Positions 14,674-28,999 of a stretch of 64,000 nucleotides of DNA are shown piece by piece; position 1 is the stretch's first letter, and each line of letters opens with the position of its first letter. This DNA is from the human T2T-CHM13v2.0 reference genome, Homo sapiens. The notes under the pieces are model-generated. The model worked only from the letters and a program-made list of their open reading frames with translations, made no database searches and was not told where the DNA came from. The position numbers and the translations under genes were made by a program. The stretch is from the NCBI RefSeq assembly GCF_009914755.1, contig NC_060930.1; one strand, given 5' to 3'.

Positions 14674-15208
14674 ATAACGAGAGAGAGAGGGAGAGATTGA
14701 TTGATTGATTTTAAGGAGTTGGCTTATGTGATTGTGGAGACTGGCTGGCAAGCCCAAAATCTGCAGGGTAGGCTGGCAGGCTGGAGACCTAGGGAAGAGT
14801 TGATGTTGCAGTTTGAGTCCAAAGGCATTTTGGAAGCAGAATTTCTCTTATTCAGGGGACCTCCATTTTTGTCTCTGAAGACCTTTACCTAATTGATTGT
14901 GGCTGACCCATATTGTGGAGAGTAATCTTTTTTACTCAAGTCTTTTGGTTTAAATGTTAATTATTTAAAAAATACTTTCACAGCAGCATTTAGACTTGTG
15001 TTTGACCAGATATTGGGGAATCATGGCCTAGCCAAGTTGACGTATAAAGTGAACAATCTCTCACCACAAAAAAGTTGATGTGAGTTAATGCATGTTAATT
15101 AATTTGATTTAGCCATTCCACAATGTATACATATATCAAAATATGTTGTACACCATAAACATATATTATTGTCAACTAAATAATTAAAAAATCAAATTAA
15201 CCATCACA
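14600..15208 (-). mobile_element. MLT2 (ERVL) solo LTR with an internal (TG)n(GA)n tract and an inserted L1 3'-end fragment (~15050-15190)
   Basis: ggttttccagagaaacagaaccaatag...ggcctagccaagttgac...aattaaccatcaca. Confidence 0.8.
14644..14695. repeat. (TG)n/(GA)n microsatellite
   Basis: Read directly from the sequence. Confidence 0.9.
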
Positions 15209-15511
15209 GTAAGGTCCCAAAAACTCAGAAGATGATAAATTATTCTTTGAACTGCTATTTTATATATGTTGTCATGAAACTAGTGTTAATCTTAGGATTT
15301 TTGAGAAAGTGATTTCAAGATGAGTATTGTAGGCAGATGCAGCTTAAAAAGAAAGCACCCAGCTCTTTTCTCTTAAGGGATTTTATATATAAAGGAAGTT
15401 GAAAAAATAGTTAAAATGTGTGGATGTTAATGTACCAAATACTGTGCAAAACTACTTTGCTAGCTCTATCTTACTAAATCTTCACGAAAACCTTAAGAGC
15501 TGTAGATACTA

Positions 15512-15736
15512 CAGGTTGAGTATCCCTTACCTGAAATGCTTAGGACCAGAAGTGTTTCAGATTTTGGATTTTATTTTTTGGTATTTGCATTATACTTACT
15601 CGTTCAGCAAGCCAGCCTAATCTGAAAATCCCAACTCCAAAATGCTCCAATGAGCATATCCTTTTGAATGTCATTTTGGTGTTCAAAAAGTTTTGTATTT
15701 TGTATTTTGATTTTTGGGTTAGGGATACTCAACCTG
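15512..15736. mobile_element. Tigger4a/MER46A-like MITE
   Basis: Perfect TIR CAGGTTGAGTATCCCT ... AGGGATACTCAACCTG with TA target duplication. Confidence 0.88.
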
Positions 15737-16550
15737 TACTATTAATCTCATTTTATAGCCCAGTAAACTGAAGTTTTGAGAATGGTTAATTTCCTGAGGT
15801 TATTAATATGTAAGTCATGGTACATAGATTGCAATCATTCTAAATTTTTTTTGCCTTCAAGTACATAAGTTCTGTTAAGATCAGTGCTCTAAATCGGTTC
15901 TCAGATTTCATTTAGCTTTGTAGTCAGCAAGATTAGGATGTTATTTTGTTTTTGTGTGTGTGTGTGTTTCTTTTTAGTTTTGTTCTTGAAAGAACAAAGA
16001 AGATAGTTCTTTTTCCTGTTTAAAGAATATATGTGTGTTTGTAGGAAAGATGTGTGAGTGCCCAAAATGGCGCTTAGTTATTAAAGACCAAGCAATTTAG
16101 ACAGAAAAATAGTCATTGGCCAGTGATTTTGTTAATCTTGAATACCAGAGACGTGCTCTAAAGATGTGCCTTTGATAAATGCCAACAGGTAGACGTGTAC
16201 TGCAAGCTACTTGAACCCTTCTTTATCAGATAAAGTTGATTCAGGATGGAATGCAACTAGATATAAGAAAAAACCTCTAACTTCATACTCATTTTACAGT
16301 TGAAGAAATTGTGGTTTAGGAATAAACATTAACTTGGATAATTTTTTTGTACAAATTAGCTGATTTTGACTTTATTCATTTATTGAATGTCTGTTATATG
16401 CTAGGTAATATGCTAGGCAGTGGACATACAATGTTGAGTAAAACAAAACTTGATGATCTCTTCTTAATGGAGCTTAAAGTTTAGTATAGAAATAATTTTT
16501 CTTCTTATTTTCCCAGGATGTTTAATAAGTCTAGTTATTTAACATAAACT

Positions 16551-17035
16551 TACTGGGAGAGGTTGTCTGCCATGAGTTTTGAGTGTTCTTGAGCTTTCTT
16601 GCTCAGCATGGCAAGAAAGCAAGGTCCTGACCACTCTTTTCCTGGACCATTTCTCAGGGTCATAATTGCAGCAAGCAGCATTGAAGGATGACATTACATT
16701 TGCTCTCTCACCCCTACCTCTTAACTCGACAATCAGCAGGCTTGCTTACTGCTCACTACAAAAGGCAATGCCTTTTCAACAATGTTGCTCTCCTGTATTT
16801 CAACCCACTGTGTTTGTAGGCATCTGTATAGGCATATCTGTGTTGTCCCTGTGGAACTTGAGGAGACAGGGTTATCTTGTCATCATGCTGCTTGCTGTGC
16901 CATGGGTGACAGAGTTCTTTGTCTTTTACCCAGTACCCTTGTGTCTTCTGTCAGTAAACATGAATCAGTAATGGGCTAGTTCATTAGTTTGTGAGTAGGG
17001 TAAAAAATCCCAGACCCTTTACAGTTCTTGCAGTT
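16551..17035 (+). mobile_element. ERVL solo LTR (LTR40-like)
   Basis: aaggtcctgaccactcttttcctggaccatttctcaggg...gcaggcttgcttactgc matches the recalled LTR40 consensus. Confidence 0.6.
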
Positions 17036-17811
17036 CTCAACATTACTGTGTTTAATCCCAGGAATTATTCATGGAGGTTTAGCCATACTTTAATTATTAA
17101 AGATATTTAAATAATTTACCTCCAGGAAGGCAGGGATTGCAGCTATGTATGTTATTCATACCGGCACTAGAATAGTAGGCATTTAGTAAATTTTGACTGG
17201 AAAAACGCACAAGAAAAAAGTGGGACCAGATAATGAGACTAGAAGTTAAGAAAATAAAATGTTTGATGCAGGTGGGGTACAACTTTGCCTATCAGATTTA
17301 TAGCAATTACTATTGAAGAGGAAACATTCCAAGGTGAAGAATACAATGTCCTGAATGTAAAAACAAATTTAGTATCTAGGAAAAGGAAAATAATTTTTGA
17401 CACTAAAACTGGAAAGAAATTTCAACCAGTGTGATATAAAAAAATCTTTAACATAATTTCAATGAACATAGGGCTTTTTCTTATATCCCTCAATATATAT
17501 TCCAGTATGAGCAGTATTACAGGGGCTAACATCATGGTCTGACTGATCCAATCCCAGGTAGATTTTAAGTTATCTTTCAAACAGCCTACCTTGGATATCA
17601 GTTCTCACTAGATTTTTTAATATATTGATAAGAAGATGAGTTATATGATACTATCTGAGAACTGTTGAGAATGTAATTAGCCTTTTGTTTTCTTTTGCCC
17701 TATACATAAGTTTTATTGATCACCAGAGCTGGGTATGAGATTGCATAAATTTAGGCTCTGATAGGAGTGTTTCTTAGAATAGGAGGCTGTTCTGCTGTCC
17801 TTGTTGTAGAG

Positions 17812-18142
17812 CAGGGGTCCCCAGACTGTGGGCCATGGACTAGTACCAGTTTGGGGCCTGTTAGGAACCCAGCTGCACAGCAACAGGTGAGCTGCGGGCC
17901 AGTGAGCATTACCGCTTGAGTTCCACCTCCTGTCAGATCAGCGGTGGCATTAGATTTTCATAGGAGCGCGAACCCTATTGTGAACTCTGCATGTGAGGGA
18001 TCTAGGTTGTGCTCTGCTTATGAGAATCTGATGTGTGATGATCTGAGGTGGAACAATTTTATCACAAAACCACCCCCTCATCCGTGGAAAAATTGTCTTC
18101 CATGAAACTGGTCCCGGGTGCCAAAAAGGTTGGGGGCCACTG
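17812..18142. mobile_element. MER1B (hAT-Charlie)
   Basis: CAGGGGTCCCC ... GGGGGCCACTG termini; 8-bp TSD ttgtagag / ctgtagag. Confidence 0.88.
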
Positions 18143-19569
18143 CTGTAGAGGACAGGGCCAAAATTTTCCTCAAAAAGTTATTTTGGGGTCCTCTTTAATG
18201 CCTTAAATAGACAGGAGAAGCTCCACAGCTTCAGACACAAAGGAAGATCATTTTGGTATAATTTTTGTTTTATAGCCCACATTTAAAGTAAGAACTAGCT
18301 GAGTAAAATTCATCAATTTTATTTTCTTTAGTTCTAGTGATTTTTCTCGCTGTTTTCTTCTAGTCATGACAGGATTGCAGAATCCCTTGTTGCCATTTTT
18401 ACTATAGTTGCTGCCTGGATTCTTTTGGAACTCTGTAGACCTGTGTCTTCTCCCCTTGTACTCTTTTCCCTTCCATATTTATTGCTTAGTTGGAGGATCT
18501 TCTCAAAAGATTTCTGATCTGGATCTACTGGTATTGGCACTATTTTCTGCCATCTCTTCCTCCCTAAAATACTGTCTTTCCCTAATTTTGGTCTTTGGTC
18601 ATAGGTTTTTTTATCATGTCTTTAAGTGAATCGTGAATGACAAATTAGTTATCAAATATGTGCTTACATAATAAGAACGATAAATTGTCATGGAATGATT
18701 ACATGGAAGTTTCCTGAAGTATGAGAATATCCAAAATGGTGACATTGTTTAAAGCATAATTGATGTCATTTCTATTTTCCTGCTAAAGCTAATTTTCTAT
18801 AAACAGAGTCTGAGATTAGGATGAGAGCATTTTACTGGTTGACAACTCCAGTTGGTACCAATCTCAGAAGATACAGTGTGAATAGTCCCCTTAAGTTGAG
18901 TGGACAACAGCCTGGATAGTTTAAGGAAGTGAATAAAAAAATAATTTTGATATAAAGAATATCAAGGATCCTTGAGCAAATGTTTTCTTAACCTTAGTTT
19001 TGACCTCCTTTTCCTTTGTCTAATTAGCCTCATAATTACTAATTTTTTTCTGTCAGGAAGCAAAGTAAATAATAAAATCTCTAAGGTCTTTGCTATCTTT
19101 TGAGGACACTGATCAAAAAGAAATTCTGATGAAAGATAGAGAGCTGCATCTTGATTCTTACGGGATCTCAAGATGAGACTGGCTAATTTATAGTGGCCCA
19201 GAAGTGTGATTACTTGTTTCAAGGCCCTATCCTTGGTTCGCCTTCACTATCCTAGAAATAGGATAGCTTCTGTACCCGCCAGCTACAGAAGCTGAATTTC
19301 ATAATTCCTTGGCAGTGGCAGATCCTTGTTTTTTTAGAGAAGTAGGAAAGCTGGCTACCTAGATTTCTCCAAATCATAGACCTAGACCTCCTTAGCCTCC
19401 CTGGCTGTCCATTTCTCATTTCCTCAGCCTCCTGTCTGACCCCAGAAACACTTTCTGTACTCCAGACTTTATATTATTTTCCTAGTCTCTGTTGCCATCA
19501 TGGATTTGCTTCCCATAGGTTGTAATTTACTGAGTCATCATCTTGACTCAGAATTTTTGGCCTTGGTTT

Positions 19570-20040
19570 TAGTTAGGATTACACTCAGCTAACAGTGATA
19601 GAAAACTCCAGATAACAGTGGTATAAAGAAAGAAATTGCAGTAGCTCAGAAGGAAGTGACTGAGAGCTAGTATGGAGTCGCACAGTGCCAGGGACCCAAG
19701 CTCCTTCTACCTTGCGCTATTATGTGTGATGACTAATTTCACCTTTATTGCATAATTTGAGATGGCCCCTTCAGCTATTAGATATTGATTCCACTCAATA
19801 AAAAAGGGGAGGGAAAGGTAATATCTCCTTCATTTAAAATTGTATCTTGAAAGTTGTATGTTCATTTCTACTCACATCCCATTGGCCACACCTTAGTAAC
19901 CTCATCTATCAGTAAGGTAGATTGAAAAGTGTCATTTTTTTTATGGGTAACCATGTACCCAGCTAAAAAATAGGAATTCCAGTAAATGAGGGAGAATGGC
20001 TGAATGGTTATTGGGCAACAGCTAGCAGTTTCAAGTACAA
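19570..20040. mobile_element. MaLR solo LTR (MLT1J/K-like)
   Basis: agttaggatt...gatagaaaactccagataacagtgg...ctcacatcccattggcca...attgggcaacagctagcagt. Confidence 0.55.
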
Positions 20041-21390
20041 TTTCTATAGTTCAGTCTGTGAGGAATCTGAGATCAGTACCTTTTCCTAGTTCATTGGTCA
20101 TCCTGGGACCCAGGTTTGACTACTAGGCTTTTTTTCAGAGCACATCCTGCCTCACTTGTCAAAGACTTCTAGACTGTATATCTGTATTTCCTCCCTAACA
20201 AGTGGAACTTGGGAATCAGATAAAGTCCAGTTCTCTGTTCATAGAGCATGATCATTTGCTCGTATCAGAAATTTTAGAGGGAGATTCAATTCTTGTTTTA
20301 CTCTGAAGGAGATGGGTGTCAAAATTGCTACTTGTGTATTGGAGATATTTCATTAAGGTAAGATAACCAAACTTTTTTGATTGTGTAAGTTTATATATAA
20401 GACATTTGAGTGCACACCAGTATTTTTACGTGTATTTATATTACTTGTCTTACTGTTTTACTGTATTAATGTATTTTGTATAACAAATACAGTAGATATT
20501 AAATATTTTAAAATGTTGAGCCATAGATAAAATATTTATACTTTTCAAATTATTAACTAAAATTATTAGTTGTATAAGAACTTACTTGGAATGCATTATG
20601 ATTGCACATGCTTAATTAGTTTTGGAAATTTCATCTTATTTTGATAAAATTTTTTACATATCTGGTTCCAAGTTGAGCTTGATACTGGGTTTTAATGGCT
20701 ATCATAGCTGAAAAAGATAACTCGATTATACATACATTTAAATGGAAGAAATTTATTGTAGTTATTGTACAATAACTACAATAATAGAAATTTATTGTAA
20801 GTTATAATCTTAGTTTTTTTTGTTTTAAATACAGAAAAGCTTTTATTTTAGTTAATTAGAACATTTCTGCCATCTTTCAGTGTGCTTGTTTTTTAAAACT
20901 ACTAGGAAGTGGTTACATTAAATAATTATTACTATATGAGATCAAAATTCACTGAACTTTTTTATTTGGGAAAATTTTTAAATGTCCAGATTAAAAACAT
21001 TTTTTAAGTGCCACATTTCATTTTTTAGCCAGATAATACGTAACAATGAAAACATACCTAAACATCAATTTTCTTAGCCCGAGTTTTTTCTTTTTAAAGT
21101 AAGAAAAAGAGTTTCTTTCTTATCACTAAAATATCATTTTATCTAGAAGGGACAGATTAAAGGTGTGTATTTTCTCATATGACTTATCACATCTACTTAG
21201 AAAAGGCCAGCACGTTTCTAACACTTGTCTCATTTGTAGAACATTTATTTTGTAAACCAAAAATGTGTAATTTATTAAGTATAATAGCTCTTTTAAGTCC
21301 TTTGCTATGAATTAATGGATAATTTTTTTGTGGCATAAAGATTTTAATAATCACTTCCTGTTTCATTAAAATTACTGTTTCGCTTTGTGG

Positions 21391-21704
21391 TTTTTTTTTG
21401 TTTTTTTTTTTTTTTTTTTTGAGACAGAGTCTTGCTCTGTTGCCCAGGATGGACTGCAGTGGTGTGATCTTGGCTCACTGCAACCTCCGCCTCCGGCTTC
21501 AAGCAATTCTTTTGCCTCAGCCACCCAAGCAGCTGGGATTACAGGTGCCTGCCACCACACCTGGCTAATATTGTTGTCTTTTTTAGTAGAGACGGGGCTT
21601 CATCATGTTGGCCAGGCTAGTTTCGAACTCCTAACCTCAAGTGATCCACCCATCTCAGCCTCCCAAAGTGCTAGGATTACAGGCATGAGCTGCTGCACCT
21701 GGCC
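21391..21704 (-). mobile_element. Alu (AluS-like)
   Basis: Full dimer; TSD TAAAATTACTGT at 21367 and 21705. Confidence 0.93.
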
Positions 21705-22399
21705 TAAAATTACTGTAAACAGTCTACTGTTTTTACAAAGTATTTTTAGTATAAAAGGAACTATATTTATATTAATGACATTCTGTAACAATGCAAAGTG
21801 CTGAAGGCAAACAAAAGGGTGTCAACTCCTCTCTACTTTATGGAATTTTTACTCTTTCAGTATCCTTCCTTTTGGATAAATTGACTGACATGTATTCATC
21901 AAGGATACTAGTGGCAATCTGATTAAATACTAGTTAAGTTTGATTTCTTTTTAAAATTTAGGTAGCAGTTAATCATAGATTGATTGTCATGTCTACCGCT
22001 TTAGTTATACACACCCCCTTAGGAAATGATTTGCTTAATGTATAAAGTCTAATAAAAGCTGCTATAAGGATGTCTTTTGAAGGAGTGACCAATTTAGAGG
22101 TAGTACCTTTTTAAGGTATACTGACTGTTTTTTCATGTGTTTCTCCATTAAAGAGCTTTGCTGAATACCTGACAAACTTTGACTTTTAGTCTTCATGAGA
22201 TCAGGGAACACCTAATGAAAGTAAATATTTGTAACTTACTCTGGGTACTGACATTATTCTTGAGTTCATCTTAGTTTCTTACGTATATATATTTACATAT
22301 ATATATGTGGCATAAAGATTTTAATAATCTTTAATATATATATATTTGCTTCGTGTTTGTCAGCATTTTTTTTTTCTTTTAAAACATTCCCTTATATTG

Positions 22400-23131
<732 letters not shown>

Positions 23132-24217
23132 TATATCCTTTTAAAAGACACTTTAAATATGTTTTGGAACAAAGTAGACTGTAAATGAGATATATGCTAT
23201 TTAGATACCTGGTTAAGGATACTTGTTATTTTAAGCTTTAAAAAAATTTTTAATTTAATTTTGTATTTTGAAAATTTAAAACATACTGAAAAACAAAGTA
23301 CAGTATACTCACATTTAGTCATCACCAATATTCAACAGCTGTTAATATTTTGCTATATTTGTTGTATTAATTTATCAGTTTACCAGTTCATCCATCCAGT
23401 CTACCCATTTAGTTGAACTTTATCATGTATCTTCCCAAAAAGGACTTATATATAACAATACCATAACTACACCTAAGAAACAATTTCCAGGTATCATCTA
23501 ATATCCTGTCCATGTTCAAATTAGTCATTTGTCCCCAAGCTATTATTTCCACCTGGTTTGTTCAACTCAGGTTGTAATCAAGGACCTAGTTTGGCATTTA
23601 GTTGTATTTCCGAAGTCTCTGCACTCCTTTTTCCATTGATACATTTTGAACAGGTAAGACCAAATGTCTCTTAGCAACATCCTGAGTTTTAGATTTTTTA
23701 AACTGGATTTTCTGCAAGTTGGAAATTAGGTTTAAAAACTTGATTAGAGTCAAACATATTTGGCATTCGGAAAACTTCATAGGTGAAGCTGTATAATGTC
23801 ACATCTTAGAATGTTTATCATCTGACTCTTGATGTTAAATTGGATTACTGGGTTAAGGTAGTGAGAGCAAAATCTCTTCTTCCTAAATACTTGAGATGGC
23901 AAGTAATCTGCACAGCGATGCAGCCTTGGCAATATGAAAATATTTATTTCCTCATCAGCCTTTTTCCTAATGGTTTTATGCATCCATTGATGATATTCGC
24001 TGGAGTCAGTTGTAGCAAAATGATGGCTTTCTAAATCTAACTTTTCTTTTACATTTATTTGCTGCATTCTGGTAAGGGAAAGTTTTGTTTCATTACCTGG
24101 TTGCTTACAGTTCCTACTGAAGAGGCAGATTAGAAGGAAAGAATGAACATTTCAGAGTTAGGAGTTGGAGGAATGATCTTTCAGAGTAAAGAGTTTTGGT
24201 GAAATGATCACTGCTAA

Positions 24218-24555
<338 letters not shown>

Positions 24556-26171
24556 CTCTTTCCTTTTTGATGGTTATAATGAGTTCATAGATTAAAAAAA
24601 TATATATGTCACAGTGCTTTTTTCCTTAAGATGCTCAAATTTTTTTTTAACCCAATCACCTCACAATGTAGTCAGTGAGATGTACTTTTAATTGTGTGTT
24701 CCATTGCATAGTTTTGTTACTGTTATAGAGGCAGAATGCTTCTAAAAGTACTTGCTGATTTTTTTTCATTCTGCGATTTTTAATTTTGGCCTTAGGACCA
24801 TATTTTCCTCTGTTACGTGTATAATTACAATCAATTTCAGTATAAGATTTCTTGATATGCAACTTCAAAAAAGCATGTGAAATATGTAAAAGGAGGTCAG
24901 CTTGGAAATTAACTGATCGGTTGTGAGGGTTTGGTAGAAAATTTTTCCCTTATCTTAAGGCTGAATGTTGATCATGCTTTAAATTAAATTTGATACACAC
25001 TGGTGACAGGAAAATTGTCAAATAAATGACCTTGATTAGTGGACAGATCAGTCTTGGCTTTAATACAGAAACATTCTTGTGATGATTTAGGGAAATAATT
25101 ATTGTAAATAAATCTTCAAGAAACTGACATTTAAAAAACTATATTGATAATTCTTCCTTTTTAAAGCAGTATAGTGAACATAATTTAGCTTTTAACTGTT
25201 GATTTAGTAGTCTTGGGAAACCAGTGATTGTATTATTACTTATTAGCAACATCCTTAGGTACTGTTTTTGTAGGTAAGGCTTTTGGTCCCTGTATTAACT
25301 GGGCCTGGGACAAATACACTAGGAAAAAAATTGCTTTTGAATGATGTGTTTCTCGTCTTTTTATAATACCGTCTTAGGACCTTCTAGTTTATCTTTCTCA
25401 AACATCTAAAATATTCGATCCATTCGTCTAATTGTGAGAGGCCAGGAAACTTGAGTTATTAGAAATATGTGAAATAAAAATAAGGGACTACACTCTTAAA
25501 AAGGTGTGTATATATGTAAAACACATGGACAAATAAACCATATTAAAGTAGTTTTTCTCTGAGGGTTTCTATATACTTGATTTTTCTTGAGGAAGGCTCT
25601 AGAGTTGGAAAGTTAACTGAAATGAACTTGATGTAAGGGATTACCCATTCTAAACTGTTCATAAGAGGCCAGAGAAACTTATGGAAGATAACAGGAAGCA
25701 TTTACTGACTTCTAAACCTACATTATAGAATGGAGCAAGATACATTTTACTGCTGTTTCAAGGCTGAATACATATAATAATAATTTTTTTCTCATTAAGT
25801 TATGACCTTTACCTAGGTATGTTTATCAGAATTGTGTTTTCCAAGTTGTAGTAATTCTCTTATGTGTTCCAAATTTATTACAGAGTTGACATTTTTTTTT
25901 CTATTAAGGTTCATATCTTTAATCTCTTTAATATACTTGATGAAAGTTCCTTTTATAGAACCGTTTTTATACTCTTAAAAGGAGACTGTGATTCTTAGGC
26001 ATACACCCTGAAAAATGCTACTAATTGGATCTTTTTGAGTGAGCAGCTTTTTTTGTAGTTATTTGGTTATTCCATGTTTGGATGCTTCCTTCTCATCTGT
26101 GCTTTCTAAACTGTCATCCTAATTCTGACTTCTGCATGGGTTAGTCAACACTATGTGATGGAGTAGAGGTG

Positions 26172-26500
26172 TTTTTTGTTTTTTTGTTTTTTTGCTTTTT
26201 TGAGATGGAGTCTCGCTCTTAACGCCCAGGCTGGACTGCAGTGGCGCTATCTCGGCTCACTGAAAGCTCTGCCTCCTGGGTTCACGCCATTGTCCTGCCT
26301 CAACCTCCCAAGTAGCTGGGACTACAGGTGCCTGCCACCGTGCCTGGCTAATTTTTTGTATTTTTAGTAGAGATGGGGTTTCACCACGTTAGCCAGGATG
26401 GTCTCGTTAGCCAGGATGGTCTCGATCTCCTGACCTTGTGATCCGCCCAACTCGGCCTCCCAAAGTGCTGGGATTACAGGCATGAGCCACCGTGCCCGGC
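26172..26500 (-). mobile_element. AluY-like element with an 18-bp internal tandem duplication
   Basis: ttcacgccatt and aagctc diagnostic positions; TSD GAGGTGTTTT; cgttagccaggatggtct occurs twice. Confidence 0.9.
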
Positions 26501-27271
26501 GGAGGTGTTTTATTCTATTTCTTTTGATTGCTGAGGATAACTTCCTGATTTGAGTCTAGTTGAACATGGAGGTTCTCATCTGTTGAGATAGAGCCATGAT
26601 ATTTTTGTATGCACTCATGCATTTGTTCATTTAAGCTATGTTTTAAGACTGAATATTTTATGTTCCAGCTGCTGTTCTAGCACTAGTGATACATCAGAAA
26701 ACAAAAGAATAACAAATTCCTGCTCTTGTGGAGTTTTAATTCTATTTAGTGGAGCATATAGTAGCATAATAGTCTTTTCCTGGGCTACTACAAATTAGGG
26801 CTGTAAATTGTTTAACTCAGTTTCCTGGCCTCTTTTACTGAAAAAAATATGTGATTCTCTAAGAACTCTTTTGGTGGTCCTGTTTGTGTCTGTTTTTTTC
26901 ATGTATTTGAGTAAATGGAACTGAAATGTTACAGAATGAAGTGCCTAGTTGGGAATTGACTTATTAGAATGTGAAACTCAATGAATAATAATGAGATCCA
27001 TATTATAAGATGGTCGAGCTGCTTTTTTTTTTTTAAACCTATTCCTGTTTTACAGTAACGTGATTTTCATTAAATAACATTCCAGGGATCAGCAGTTTAC
27101 AACAATCGTATGTAAGGTATAATGATTTTCTTTGAGATAAAAGTGATTGGTACTGTACTGTTTGTTTAACAAATATTTATTGCATACCTATCATATGCCA
27201 GACTGTTTCCAGTGCTGGAGGATAGAGTGGTGTTTGAGACAAAGTCCTTGCCCTCATGGAGCCGGCAAGTA

Positions 27272-27351
27272 TTAGGTTAGTGCAAAATTGATTGTGGCTT
27301 TGGCCATTACTCTCAATGGGAAGAAACACGATTACTTTTGTGTCAGCCTAG
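27272..27351. mobile_element. MADE1 (Hsmar1 MITE) inserted in an L2 fragment
   Basis: 80-bp quasi-palindrome TTAGGTTAGTGCAAAA ... TTTTGTGTCAGCCTAG flanked by TA. Confidence 0.85.
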
Positions 27352-27603
27352 TAAATTGTAAGGTGATAGAAAATGTCTAATTGCTTTTTGGTGGCAGAGG
27401 TCATGGTTTATTTGACTTGGGCTAGTTAGGGAAGGCCTCTCTCAAACATTGAGAGTAGCTGCATGCTGAGGTACTTGTAGTGGCCAGCCTTTTGAAAATC
27501 CTAGGCAAGTAAAGTACATTCCAAGCAGAGAAATAGCAAATGAAGGGTACTCAAAATGTTTAGTTAATACTTTTATCAGATTAAAGTAATTCATGGTTAC
27601 TAA

Positions 27604-28056
<453 letters not shown>

Positions 28057-28569
28057 AATATTTACAGTTTTTTACCGAACCAAGTCTGTAATTAGTGGGC
28101 TGTATAAATAAATGAACTATGAGACAATAACTTTCTCATGTGCTATTGCATAAAAAAATCTAAGAAATAAAAATAATATTTAAACAATTAGGAAGCAATC
28201 CATAAAGTATTCTCCCCTTCTCCACAGACACAGATACTCATATTAACAGAGTGTATACTTTATGTCACCATAGATTTTCTAAAATTGGTTAGTGTCTGGC
28301 CAAGTGCCTCCTTTCTGCCTGTTTTTATACACATAGGGCAGACAGAGCTAATCGAAATGAAAATTTGGAATGTGTATTTTTTTATTTTTCTTAATTTCAT
28401 AATGTTGCTTGGTAGGTTAAAAAACACTTTAATACATTTTTAGCCTTTATTATAATGTCCTATATTTAGATACTCCTTTAATGAAATTAGAAGATCATGT
28501 TTTATGGTTAGGTTTCTACTGCTCTGTTTTCCACAGGTATGGTTTGTGGTTACATGATAGGATATCTAC

Positions 28570-28999
28570 TGTTAAAGCAAACTAAATATGCCTGAGAAGG
28601 ACTCTACTTCTATATTTGAGTCCTTGTGGATGAGCCGTAACCTAGCTTAACAGCAGACAGATTAGAAACCTAACTTGGGAGTATGTGCCTGTAACAATAG
28701 CTGAGTATTGGTCAATCCCAGCCGCCATACTTGAACCACTCAGACTTCTGTGTGTTCAAAGTGTGTTCACATAAGGCAAACACCAACCTGTAACCAATCC
28801 AGCTGTTTCTGTACCTCACTGCCGATTTCTGTATGTCACTTTCCCTTCCCTTTTTTGTCTATAAATTTGTTCTGACCAAGAGGCACCCTAGGAGTCTCTC
28901 TGAATCTGCTGTGATTTTGGGGGCTGCCTGATTCATGAGTTGTTCACTGCTCAGTAAAGCTCCTTCAAATTTATTTCTCCTCAAGTTTTTCCTTTAACA
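28570..28999 (+). mobile_element. ERV1 solo LTR (MER57-like)
   Basis: TGTTAAA...TTTAACA termini, CCAAT box, ctataaat TATA-like box and agtaaa poly(A)-like signal in LTR order. Confidence 0.8.

Noticed and set aside
17300-19560. Possible ancient LINE (L4/RTE-like) or pseudogene fragment, including the 86-aa ORF at 18962-19222
   Set aside because: Too decayed to assign by eye; no recognisable domain.
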